From Octopus bimaculoides (Eukaryota), in the NCBI RefSeq assembly GCF_001194135.2, contig NC_068981.1, forward strand, positions 102,240,324 through 102,304,323: a stretch of 64,000 nucleotides of DNA. Direction: 5' to 3'. The translations under genes were made by a program, and so were the position numbers. Shown here piece by piece: positions 39,115-51,054 of the stretch (positions are counted from its first letter, which is position 1; every line of letters begins with the position of its first letter). The notes beneath the pieces are model-generated. The model searched no databases and had not been told where the DNA came from. It was given only the letters and a program-made list of their open reading frames with translations.

Positions 39115-41798
39115 GAAAAGGGAATATATCATTCCAAATGTACAGGAATATTCAATTTAGTAATACCAAATTAAATTTCACAATATATAATATTATACAA
39201 TTCAGACAATGAATTACCCCAATAACACCATCCAGAAAAAATACACTATAAAAATACTAATCTAAATTATAAAAAGTAAATAGTATTGAATTTATAAATC
39301 ATAAAGGGTAAATAGCAATAAGTTGACTACACGTGTTTTATGGCTATATTAAAACAGATAAAATCAATTCCATTCAAAATTAATTGATTCAAATTTAATT
39401 CTATTTAAAAATATAGTCACTCATAAGGTGTAGAATAAAAATAAAAAATTAAAGTACGTATCTAACCACATAATAATTAATTAGAAATCTGTATATAAAA
39501 ATACGTGTTAATACAATAAAAAAATGAAAAACATTTAATAAAATTGCTTAAAATTAAAAGCATGACTTATCAACGAATTTCTGTGAACTAAAAATTTAAA
39601 ACGTAATACATAGAACTTAGCATTTATAAAGAACATATCATGTGACAAATATGGCGTTACTAAAAGTAGAGAAAATACGTATTTATGTTAATAAAATAGC
39701 AAACTTTATTTCAGAATAATAAATATTGACCTGTAGTATACCATTCACTGGAAAAATTTAAAGTCTGGTTATTTTTAAAGTCTAAATAATTTAGAACTGA
39801 AATACGTGAAAAATATATAAGGTACATAAATAGTGCTAAGTTTTTATAAATTAATATATTTTCATTAAATTATTTATTTATTAATAAATAGCGTAATTAA
39901 TTTTTTTCCAATTATGCATTGTCCTCTAACTAATCTCATGTTAATTATATGTATTTTACTACTACAAATTGTAACTACAATAATTAGTAATGTAAAATAG
40001 GGTGTATATAAACACATTATCTAAACTTATTATATGAATAATTTAACTTACGTCTACATTTAATTTTACTTTCATCTAGAGAATTAATTAATTTTTTATT
40101 ATTAGTTAATAATATCTCCTTAAATTCATTAGTACATAATAGACAAAAATTACTACCTATTCAATAAGATTTTGCCTTACAAATTATCTCTCAATTCCAG
40201 TTGATCTGATCATTGGAACAGCTTGCTAGTCAAATTAACCTAGAAGTGACTGAGCACTCCATAGACACATGTACCCTTAATGTAGTTCTCAGGGAGATTT
40301 TAGCATGACACAGAGTGTGATAAGGCTGGTCTTTTGTAGTACAGGTACTACTAATTTATGCCAGCTGAGTGGACTGGAGCAACGTGAAATAAAGTGTGTT
40401 GCTCAAGGACATAACCTGTTGCCAGGAATTGAACTCATGACCTTACGATCGTGAGCCAAATACCCCACACACACATGAATGAATTTATGTGTGTGGGAGA
40501 AAAAGAGACAGGCTTCTGTGCAGTGTACATCCACTTAATTCCAGTAGCAAATTATTGGTTAACATGACTATATAATAGTAAAACTTGCTTAAGGTGCTGT
40601 GTGGTGGAATCAATTCTCAGGTCACTTGGTTGCAAGACAAACATCCATGTCACACAACTTTGCCTGCACCCATTTAATTTCATATTAAATGTGTTTTAGT
40701 TTCAAATTTTTATAGTATATAAAATATTCTATATCATCAATATGGTTAACACATTGTATATTTCATTTGAAACACCTGGAATATATGTACACATATGTGT
40801 GTGTATGTACATGCATGTGTGTGTGTGCATTTATGTTAGCTGCATTTGGCTTATCTACATTACTCACTTTTACAGATATAAAAGTATGTCCAATCATTAA
40901 AATTTTGTGGTGCTAAATGCAAGGTGGTGAAGTAGGCTGATTTTCATTGGATGATGAGAAAAGTTCATTTCTATTAGTCAGCTTGGGTCACATGATGAGA
41001 CCAGTCTTTGGGGCATTTACTTTGATAAAATGTTGCTAGATTTGTTCCAAGACAGAATACTCTTAAGACTTTTAGCATCTAGATTACTCTATTAGATGTA
41101 ATGTTTATTCCTTGTGAATTATCTTGCATTATCTTGTATCTTCAAGATTTCAATGTTGTGATCATTTAGTTTTAGAATGACATTGTAGGGTATGTGTGAG
41201 AGGACACAACCAGTCAGTTTGAACATAAAACAGACAGAATATTTGGGCTGGATATGGCTAATTTAAATTTAAAGGGTTAATACTCTCTTCCTAGCATAAC
41301 AACTACAGGAAAATCTTTTGCTAAGAGCAAGCTACTATATCTAGCAGACAACTGCAGAAAAATTTTTAACTAAGAGCAATCCACTATATCTACCTTTCAT
41401 TAACTTGGAGAAGGCTTTTAAAGGAGTTCCATGATATATAGTCTGGTGGTAACTAAGAAAACTAAGTGAAGATGAATGGCTTATGAGAGTTGTGTAAGTT
41501 GTTTGTAAGAGTGCTGTGAAAAAGCTGAGAGAGAGAGTGAGAAATGCATCCAGTGAAGAATTTAATGCCCAAGCAGGTGTCCATTATTTCCTGAAGCTCA
41601 TTGGCTACATGTAACTAATGACACTTTAGTTCACAAACTGTGATATAATATAATATAAATCAAATCAGTTGAACATTTTCATAGAATTCCAAATTATGAA
41701 ATGTAGAATATTGATTTCTTTTGATTAGGCACAAAGTCTACACTTGTAGGCGTTCAAACTATAGTTGATTTAAATGACTACACACATACACACGCATG

Positions 41799-41834
<36 letters not shown>

Positions 41835-42049
41835 ATCAATGCATCTTATTTTAGTTGTTCTTAGCATGTAGTAGGGTGTGAAAGGCAAAGTTATTCCTAG
41901 ATTCAGAACTAAATGAATCTAAATACTGCTATATTTATTAATGCGACACTTTGTCACTTGCTTCCTTTCATTTGTCTCTGTAAACAATTGGCTGAAAATC
42001 TGGCATAGCCAGTGGAATGAAAACAAATATTTTATAACATTATATTGCT

Positions 42050-42229
42050 TTCAAATTTTGGCACCTGGCCAACAATTTCTGGGGAGGGTTCTGGTCAATT
42101 ATATCAGCCCATACTCAGCTGGTATTTATTTTATCAACCTCAAAAGGATAAAAAGCAAAGTTAACCTTGGCAGAATTTGAACTCAGAATGTAGTGACAAA
42201 CAAAAGGCTAATGATTCTGTTAGCGTGCC
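42050..42229 (-). mobile_element. tRNA-derived SINE, family B
   Basis: Family B core on the minus strand; its head is the insertion site of the adjacent family C SINE. Confidence 0.65.
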
Positions 42230-42243
42230 ACCTTCATATTGTT

Positions 42244-42630
42244 GTTGTTGTTGGCACTCCATCGCTTACGACGTCGAGGGTTTCAGTTGATCCGATCAAT
42301 GGAACAGCCTGCTCATGAAATTAACGTGCAAGTGGCTGAGCACTCCACAGACACGTGTACCATTAACGTAGTTCTCGGGGATATTCAGCGTGACACAGTG
42401 TGACAAGGCTGACCCTTTGAATTACAGGCACAACAGAAACAGGAAGTAAGAGTGAGAGAAAGTTGTGGTGAAAGAGTACAGCAGGGTTCGCCACCATCCC
42501 CTGTCAGAGCCTCGTGGAGCTTTTTAGGTGTTTTCGCTCAATAAACACTCACAACGCCCGGTCTGGGAATCGAAACCGCGATCCTATGACCGTGTGTCCA
42601 CTGCCCTAACCACTGGGCCATTGCGCCTCC
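42244..42630 (-). mobile_element. tRNA-headed SINE, family C, young copy with TSD
   Basis: Perfect TSD ACCTTCATATTGT at 42230-42242 and 42631-42643; CpG-rich; nearly identical to 10167-10551. Confidence 0.9.
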
Positions 42631-43230
42631 ACCTTCATATTGTAACATAATATTAAAGACCAAAGTGAGATGCTGATTGGTTGTTGTTGCTATTATTGTT
42701 TAGGGCCAGGCCAATCTCGATTAAAAAGAAAAGCTCCAGCCATTACCATACGATTTTTTTATTGAATTTCTTTCATTGTCCTTTTTTTTATTTTACTGAT
42801 GGGTGGGGCCTGATTTGAGGAGAGATACCTGGCTGTTATTTTGAGCAGAGTGAACAACTAACTGCACAGAGGTTTCCAACTGACAACTGATTAAATAGAT
42901 CTAGGATAAAAGGCATACCACCCATGTCCATCCTATCATTTTTCAAGTTTAGTTTATCCAGGAGGATTGGTATTTCATCCATCTTAACATTCTGAGTTAA
43001 AATTCCTCCAAGATTAACTTTGCTTTTCATCCTTTTTTTGAGGGGGTGGGGGATCAATAAAATAAGTACCAGTTGAAGAATGGGATCAATATAATTGATT
43101 TACTCCACCCCCAAGCTTACTGACCATGTGCCAAAATTTTAAACCAATATATTCAAGAGGATTATATTATTCAGTGTGTTCTTTATACACACACACACAC
43201 ACACGCACATAAATATAGTGAAAATATATT

Positions 43231-43528
43231 TAATAAAAGAAGGAAAATGCACATAATTTATATAGTTTTAATATATTTTAAAGGATAGAATATTATGATA
43301 GTCGACCAGTTTTGCATTTTGCTAATCATGACATTTGAACTGGTGAAAATATTTCAATTTTGTATTTCCTTAAGGAGTTTTTAGTCCATGCTGCTTGTAT
43401 GAGAGTTTGTTTGTAAAAATATTAGCATGTACATTAGTGAAATGTGAAACCAGTCGAATATCATAGTATTCTATCCTTTAAAATATATTAAAAATACATA
43501 AATCGTGTGCATTTTCCTTCTTTTATTA
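43231..43528. mobile_element. MITE with ~100 bp imperfect terminal inverted repeats
   Basis: TAATAAAAGAAGGAAAATGCACA...AAAGGATAGAATATTATGATAGTCGAC is mirrored by GTCGAATATCATAGTATTCTATCCTTT...TGTGCATTTTCCTTCTTTTATTA. Confidence 0.75.
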
Positions 43529-43589
43529 TATGCTTTTCCGTTACAACTCACCATATGGGGAAAATCTCTTCAATAAAATTTAAGATATA

Positions 43590-44020
43590 GGTGCAGGAGT
43601 GGCTCTGTGGTAAGTAGCTTGCATCATACCAACAACTTGGTTCTGGGTTCAGTACCACTGCATGGCACCTTGGGCAAGTGTCTTTTACTATAGCCTCAGG
43701 CTGACCAAAGCCTTGTGAGTGGATTTGGTAGACGGAAACTGAAAGAAGCCCGTCTTATATATATATATATATATATATACATATACATGTGTGTATGTAT
43801 GTGCATTTGTGTGTCTGTGCTTGTGTCCCCCATCCAACATCGCTTGACAACCGATGCTAGAGTGTTTATGTCCCTGTAACTTAGCAGTTCGGCAAAAGAG
43901 TCCAATAGAATAAATACTAGGCTTACAAAGAATAAGTCCTGGGGTTGATTTGCTTGACTAAAGGTGCTGCTCCAGCATGGCCATAGTCAAATGACTGAAA
44001 CAAGTAAATGAATAAAAGAA
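43590..44020 (+). mobile_element. tRNA-derived SINE, family A
   Basis: Collinear with 47077-47485, including the internal (TA)n/(TG)n tract. Confidence 0.85.
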
Positions 44021-44033
44021 TATATATATATGA

Positions 44034-45319
44034 AGGAAGTGCTACCAAAATGTGATTTGATTTGCTCCAAGCCTCTCATACAATGTCAAAACTTGTGTGA
44101 AAAGGGTATTCCTCAGGTCAATAGACAAACACTTCATGCAGACACATAAATACAGACCTTTATTCAACAGGCACAACCTAAGGGTCTCCTTTAGTTGTGT
44201 ACCCAACATGAAAATTATATTAGCTAACACCCATAAAACACTGGAAGAAGCAGGTTGCTCTTGCAGGGTATACAATGACAGTCTAGCAGATAGCCGGTGT
44301 GAGGCCGAGGGAGTCATCTATGAAGCTGTGGTGACACCCAGGCCTAGTGACCACAGTAATAGCAGCATGATGATGCCAGCACCAGCACTACAGCCGGAGA
44401 AGATGACTATGCTGACACCAACAGAACCAGTGAAGCTACTGGTTCCACACCCAACATTACCATCAACGGTACTCATATTGCCAATGGCACCCAAAGTGCC
44501 ACTGATAGCAATAGTGCCAACCCTGCAACTAGGGACTACCACCACAGCGACAGCAGGCACAACCGCATCACTGGACCCATGCGTTATGGTGATAACAGCA
44601 CTGATGGCAGCCCCAATAATGCCAGTGTCAACAACAACATCCCCAGGCCCAGAGCCAACCAAAGATGCACCAATAATGTGAACACAACCAACACCCAAAT
44701 GGAAATACATTGGATCAGCTGGTACAGCATTCAAGTGATCCTTGTACAGCCACAGGTCCTCCTTCAGGGTCCCAGAAAGATGATTTTTCACATCACTGGC
44801 CAGCCATGTGTGGTGCCTCTAAGATGAAGGGACTCCATACGATATCAAGTGGAAGATCTTAGAAAGGTTGGGCTCCCTACATCAACGGGGTGTGTATGCT
44901 GCAAGCTCTGCATAGTTGAGTGAGCTAGGATACTTAAAGACTCCCTGAGACCTGGATCACTGAATACTTGCCAAGAAATCTTCACACCATGCATCCATTT
45001 CAAGCGCTACCTGCTGCAAACATGGGATTCCTGTTTGCTGACTAAGCTTGGAAGAGTCCTTACAACCCATTAACAGGCCAAGGGATAGATCCCTTACTCC
45101 CCTCTCCAAATAGCTGGTCTAGGGGAGATAACCTGTTCTCACTAATGCCAGACTAATTATTCTCTAATGACCATTTGACCAATGACCATAACAACTTTTC
45201 ACCTCTGAGAGGTGAAGTGTTAAATTTGTCTTCGGACTAGAGCCTAATGAGTTTGTCCACAAAGCCACAGCCTTAGTGGATGCAGAACCATTGGTCACTC
45301 TATGACCAGGCATATATTA

Positions 45320-45320
<1 letters not shown>
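44034..45320 (+). mobile_element. Penelope-like element 3' part (linker, Cys motif, GIY-YIG endonuclease, pseudo-LTR); Neptune-like
   Basis: One reading frame gives RKCYQNVI*FAPSLSYNVKTCVKRVFLRSIDKHF...FSCVPNM...CSCR...GVIYEAVV ... KYIGSAGTAFK*SLYSHRSSF...TSLASHVW...IKWKIL; after a frameshift CKLCIVE and LNTCQEIFTPCIH. Confidence 0.85.
45239..45301 (+). ncRNA. Degenerate type I hammerhead ribozyme in PLE pseudo-LTR
   Basis: AGAGC-CTAATGA-stem II (GTCCAC/GTGGAT)-AGAA-CCATTGGTC-ACTCT. The core deviates from CUGAUGA and GAAA. Confidence 0.6.
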
Positions 45321-45355
<35 letters not shown>

Positions 45356-45819
45356 TATAATAAGTATAGTCATTACTAAAGTGACTGAGGGTGTTAGTGA
45401 GCGCCAGCATTGCTAGAACTAAGAGTTAAAACAACTCTTAGCCATGTGAAAGCACTTTTCTAACAACTAACTAGGGAAACAAGCTCCCACCTACAGCAAG
45501 CAAGATGGAGCCATATCAGCACTGATCCCAGATTTGATTAATCTTCATCTGTGATCCATTACTCTGTTGTCAAGGGTTATACAAGCTTATACAGCAGACC
45601 CAAAAGTGCCACTTCAATAAAAGCATCATCCTGGGGGAAGACTGCCTCTTCCATCACATTTACACTACTGTGTTGTCCTTTTCTGATAAACAAATGTAAA
45701 TGCTCATGTTCAAAATGCTTTTGGTCATAGGTCTGCTTGAACAGGGATGACCTGGGGTTAAACAACAAAAAGTGGAGTTTTCACTGTTTGACACATACCT
45801 GTTTCAATCTCTCTGTCAA

Positions 45820-46588
45820 TCACCATACACACACAGACACACACACAGACACACACACAGACACACACACAGACACACACACACACACACACACATGCAC
45901 ACACACACAATTTGTCTCTCTCAGACACATCCTCTCTCTCTCTCTTTTTCACTCCCATTCTCTCTGTCTTACAAACACAGACATGTACTCTCTTTCTCTT
46001 ACACACACACACAGGTACACTTAGCAACACATGCAGACACATACTCTCTCTCGCTCTCTCTCTCTGTCTCTCTCTCTCTGTCTCTCTCTCTCTGTCTCTC
46101 TCTCTGTGTCTCTCTCTCTGTGTCTCTCTCTCTCTGTCTCTCTCTCTCTGTCTCTCTCTCTCTCTGTCTCTCTCTCTGTGTCTCTCTCTTTCTCTGTCTC
46201 TCTCTCTGTCTCTGTCTCTCTGTCTCTCTCTCTCTGTCTCTCTCTCTCTCTCACACACACACACACGTACTCTCTTTCTCTTACACACACATACAGGCAC
46301 ACTCATTGACACATGCATACACACACTCTCTCTTTCACTCCCTCTCACTTTCTCACACACATGCACACACTGACACACAGAATCTCTTTCTCTTTCAATG
46401 TCTCTCTCTCTCTCTCTTTCACAGATACACATGCTAACACACACACACACTCTCTCCCTCTCTCTCAATCTCTCCTCCTCTCTCCACTCACTTTTCCTCC
46501 TTTCTCTCTCACTCTCTCTCACACACACACACTCTCTCAATCTCTCCCCCTCTCTCTACTCACTTTCCCTCCTCTCTCTCTCACGCGT

Positions 46589-46632
<44 letters not shown>
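45820..46632. repeat. Compound (CA)n/(CT)n/(CTGTCT)n microsatellite
   Basis: Read directly from the sequence. Confidence 0.95.
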
Positions 46633-46634
<2 letters not shown>

Positions 46635-47076
46635 TAAAAATTACAATCATGTCATTAGCAAGGATTATGATGTTTTGTTTTGTTTTGATCTGCATTAGCT
46701 AAACTAAATTCGAACACTTTAATGCCACTAAGAACATCGTTTATTATTAATTTCATTGCCAAACTATTGAATTATTGATTAACTAACAAAATGAAAGAAT
46801 CAAAGGAGAGAGAGAGAGAGAGAGAGAAAGAGGAAGAGAAAGAGTGAAGAAGACAGAAGATTGAGAGAAAGAGAGAGAGAGAGACGCTCTCATGAGAGAC
46901 ATTTAAAAGAGAGCGTATGTCCCTCTATTTTGAATATTCAACATTCCTGATATGATATTTGTGAACTATAATTAGTGGGTTCCTAAGATGAGTTGAGAGG
47001 TCTGTATTTTGTTGGGGAAGGACATAGCCAATGGAATCTAACTTAGTATGTATATTACTTAATATTACACAGGGTA

Positions 47077-47485
47077 GGCGTAGGAGTGGCTGTGTGGTAA
47101 GTAACTCGCTTACCAACCACATGGTTCCGGGTTCAGTCCCACTGCGTGGCACCTTGGGCAAGTGTCTTCTACTATAGCCTCGGGCCGACCAAAGCCTTGT
47201 GAGTGGATTTGGTAGACGGAAACTGAAAGAAGCCCGTCGTATATATGTATATGTATATATATATATGTGTTTGTGTGTCTGTGTTTGTCCCCTCAACATC
47301 GCTTGACAACCGATGCTGGTGTGATTAAGTCCTCGTCACTTAGCGGTTCAGCAAAAGAGACCGATAGAATAAGCACTAGGCTTACAAAGAATAAGTCCTG
47401 GGGTCGATTAGCTCGACTAAAAAGGCGGTGCTCCAGCATGGCCACAGTCAAATGACTGAAACAAGTAAAACAGTAAAACAGTAAA
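47077..47485 (+). mobile_element. tRNA-derived SINE, family A (best-preserved copy)
   Basis: tRNA-like head GGCGTAGGAGTGGCTGTGTGGTAAG...CCGGGTTCAGTCCC, internal (TA)n/(TG)n, tail ...ATGACTGAAACAAGTAAAACAGTAAA. Confidence 0.9.
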
Positions 47486-47649
47486 CAGGGTAATATGGAG
47501 CCTTTATGCTAGTGGTTCTCAACTGGGGTCCATTTGGCCCTCGGGGGTCTGTATAAGATTTTGCTGCTAAAATTTGTATGCAATGAATTGCTTATACTTC
47601 TAAAATACACAAAATGTTTTAACAATTTTTTAAATACAGTTCCTAATAA

Positions 47650-48620
47650 TCATCATCATCATTTAACGTCTATTGTCCATACTGGCATGGATTGGACAAC
47701 CTGACTTGGGCTGGTAAGCTGAGGAGCTGCACCAGACTCCAGTCTGATTCAAAGTGGTTCCTACAGTTGGATGCCCTTCCTAACACCAACCACTCCGAGA
47801 GTGTAATGAGTGCTCTTACACACCGCCAGCACAAGTGCCAGTTGTGTGACACCAGTATCTGCCACAACTACGGTTTCACTTGGCTTGATCGGTCTTCTTC
47901 TCAAGCACAGCATATTGCCAAAGATCTCAGTCATTTGTCATTGCCTCTGTGAGGCCCAACACTTGAAGGGTGCTTTTTGTGTGCCTCCAGCACAGATGCT
48001 AGTTACACGACACCAGCAACAGCCACATTGTCTCTGTGAGGCCCAACACTTGAAGGGTGCTTTTTGTGTGCCTCCAGCACAGATGCTAGTTACACGACAC
48101 CAGCAACAGCCACATTGTCTCTGTGAGGANNNNNNNNNNNNNNNNNNNNNNNNNNNNNNNNNNNNNNNNNNNNNNNNNNNNNNNNNNNNNNNNNNNNNNN
48201 NNNNNNNNNNNNNNNCCTCTGTGAGGCCCAACACTTGAAGGGTGCTTTTTGTGTGCCTCCAGCACAGATGCTAGTTACACGACACCAGCAACAGCCACAT
48301 TGTCTCTGTGAGGCCCAACACTTGAAGGGTGCTTTTTGTGTGCCTCCAGCACAGATGCTAGTTACACGACACCAGCAACAGCCACATTGTCTCTGTGAGG
48401 ACCAACACTTGAAAGGTGCTTTTTGTGTGCCTCCAGCACAGATGCTAGTTACACGACACCAGCAACAGCCACATTGTCTCTGTGAGGCCCAACACTTGAA
48501 GGGTGCTTTTTGTGTGCCTCCAGCACAGATGCTAGTTACAAGACACCAACACCAGCCACATTGTCTCTGTGAGGACCAACATTTGAAAGGTGCTTTTTAC
48601 ACGCCAGTTACATGACACCA
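47650..48620 (-). mobile_element. RTE LINE 3' UTR fragment
   Basis: (CAT)n followed by TTTAACGTC... tail, shared with 25668 and 30480. Confidence 0.75.
47937..48620. repeat. 87-bp tandem array, at least 7 visible units, spanning an N gap
   Basis: Unit CATTGTCTCTGTGAGGCCCAACACTTGAAGGGTGCTTTTTGTGTGCCTCCAGCACAGATGCTAGTTACACGACACCAGCAACAGCCA. Confidence 0.95.
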
Positions 48621-50183
48621 GTATCAGCCATGACTACAATTTTACTTTAATTATAAAAGTATAGGAGGGACATTTTTAAATACTGAACGGCTATGCGGAT
48701 CCACCTAGGTAAAATAGGAACCAGAGGGGCCCATAGGCAAAAATGGTTGAGAAACCAGCTCTATGTAGTAACACTAACCGTTAAAAATAGCTGTCAAGGT
48801 TCCTCAAAATTATGGAGGGAGCCCATTAGATAATACATGTTTACATAACCCTAAAAACACAGGATGGTCATGTCTGGAATACCCCTAACCAAAGGTTTGT
48901 TTGATTAGAGCTGACCTGATACTAAAGAACAACAACAATTTTTATATTTTCAAGTCAACAAGGAAGCCTCTCTGTGGTTATTTGACGTGCTAGAAATAGC
49001 AGTCAAATCTCTTTGAAGATAAAAAAAACAAACCATCCTACTATCTTAGCAGAAAGATAATGAATTCTGAAGCAAAATGTGACTGGATGGTTATATCTGG
49101 AACATCTTTGGTCATAAGTCTGCTCAATAAAAACTAATATGAAGCTAAACAATGATAGCTGTAGATAAAAAGAGACACACTTTGAAACATTATGGAATTG
49201 ATAAAAAAAAATATTAATGGTTTGAAAAGCTGCAGGTATGGAGTGAGGGATAAATTAAATAAAAGTAATAACAAAAGATTGGAAGCTCAGATTAGATTTA
49301 AAATTAAGTTATTAAAAATAGCTACAGAAAAAGAAATGTATTGTTTTGTAATTATCTTATGAAGGAAAGAGAGATCAAAATGAAATTGTCCAGTAAAACT
49401 TCTTTTCCTTTTAAAGAATGCAAAACAGCTAATGAAAAATTAGATTACAAAAGATTAGTTTTATCTCAAATCATATATTAATCCAGATATTCCAACCAAT
49501 AGGCTCTAATCTTGGAATATTTAAGAAAATAAAAGATTGCTTGTAGATATAGCAAAAAAAAAATTGCTTTTACTTCCGAAATACCAACAAAAATGTATAT
49601 CTTGGCAGATCTTGCTGGTAAGTTAATATAATAATAATTATGCAACACATTGTTTGTGAATACTGATTAAAAAGAAAACAACTGAATCCAAATACAGAAA
49701 ATTTGCAACATTAATTAAGACAAACTGTACTTAAATATGCTTGCGAAAATGTACAACAATAAGTCAATTAGACAATTTATGTAATAGAAGTTATGGAAAT
49801 TATACCTAGACATTTTCATGTTTTCATGTCAATAGAATAATTTGTGCCATGGAGTTAAATGTATGCAAGCAGATAAAAGGCCACCAGTAAAGAGAAAAAT
49901 CAGTTAAACATATGTGTATATAAATTGGTTGAAGTTAGTCTAGTGAGCCAAGACTAAGGCTAACATGTAGTTAAGAAAAAGTACCAAATAGTATAGTTTA
50001 CTATGGTTACCAGAGATAGAAAATAAGGACTGAACTAACTGGTGTCAAGCAAATGACTCAGCTGAGAGCCAGTGAGTCTGAAAGAAATTTTAATTAAGTC
50101 AAAACCATATTGCACAGACAACTAGCTTCTGAGCAGCTAAAATTTCTAACTTGGTAAATATCTAATAGGTTAAAATAATGCAA

Positions 50184-50314
50184 GTAATGACTGGCTAAAA
50201 TAATACAGGTGGTGATTGGCTAATATAACACGAGTGATGATTGGCTAAAATAACATAGGTGATGATTGGCTAAAATAACACAGGTGATGATTGGTTAAAA
50301 TAACACAAGTGATT
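50184..50314. repeat. 25-bp minisatellite, about 5 copies, most containing a CCAAT box on the minus strand
   Basis: Unit GTGATGATTGGCTAAAATAACACAG. Confidence 0.9.
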
Positions 50315-51054
50315 CTAAAATGATGAAATTTTTTGTTGAATTACCTACAAAAATGGCTCTCAGACTACATGTATGTAAGCTAAAGTTTGTCATTTGCTAA
50401 AATAGCACATGATAAAAGTGAAGCTAAAATGCTGTGTGCATGAGATCACTGCAGACATACGAACCACCAGGTTCCTTGTTTGTTGTCTGTCAATGCAAGC
50501 GCATTAACAAGGCTTTAATAAGGAACCATTTTTTAACTATGGACAGCTTTTATTCTTATTTTATTCCAGAGGATCCTCAAAGCAATTCATTGCTTAAAAA
50601 TTTCAATTATATTTTTATTATTAAATATCATTAGGAATTGTATTTTAAAAAAATCATTTAAATATTTAGTGTATTATAAAAATATAAGCAATTTATTGCT
50701 AATAAATTTTAACAAAAAATTTTATATGGACCTCCAAGGGCCATATGTGCCTTGGTAGACAACTTCTGTTTTACATGATCAAGCAACTTGCCAGAAATAC
50801 CAGCCAAATCTCCCTCAAACCACAGACCTAAACTACCATCATATAAAAGGGCATTAAACAATATCCTTGTTAAACATTATTTCATAATAATAGACTATGA
50901 TCATGGGTGAAATGACATTTAATCAAAAGCCTGTCTACTTTATTGGAGATAACCTGGGGTTAAATAACAACATAGTGTTTTGCAAATTCACAACTCTATT
51001 AAGAAAACATTGTGTTTTAAAAATTAGTATGAGAAATAAAAAAAACTCTCAGCT

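Larger units (their letters stand above)
47510..48758. mobile_element. hAT (Charlie/Buster-like) MITE split by an RTE 3' fragment
   Basis: Ends TAGTGGTTCTCAAC / GTTGAGAAACCAG; imperfect 8-bp TSD CTTTATGC / CTCTATGT with central TA. A related half-element lies at ~50630-50765. Confidence 0.65.

Noticed and set aside
39121-39330. Mitochondrial protein-coding NUMT
   Set aside because: A short stretch is open in the invertebrate mitochondrial code, but I could not match it to any ND, COX, CYTB or ATP protein, and no rRNA or tRNA landmark was recognised.
44058-44790. In-frame TGA codons in the PLE as possible selenocysteine recoding (known in some Naiad PLEs)
   Set aside because: The TGAs fall where Trp or Arg codons are expected or plausible, a TAA and a frameshift also occur, the domain order is not Naiad-like, and I saw no SECIS. 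Simple decay explains them.
45758-46702. ORFs rich in RE/SL/HT/CV/YI dipeptides (also at 2293, 5279, 9604, 21564, 22744, 52864)
   Set aside because: They are translations of di- and trinucleotide microsatellites.
47937-48620. CRISPR-like regular repeats
   Set aside because: Units are contiguous with no unique spacers, derive from LINE sequence, and the context is eukaryotic with no cas genes.
49593-49623. ATG...GCTG|GTAAGT mini first exon (MYILADLA)
   Set aside because: A strong donor alone is common by chance; there is no supporting downstream exon or homology.
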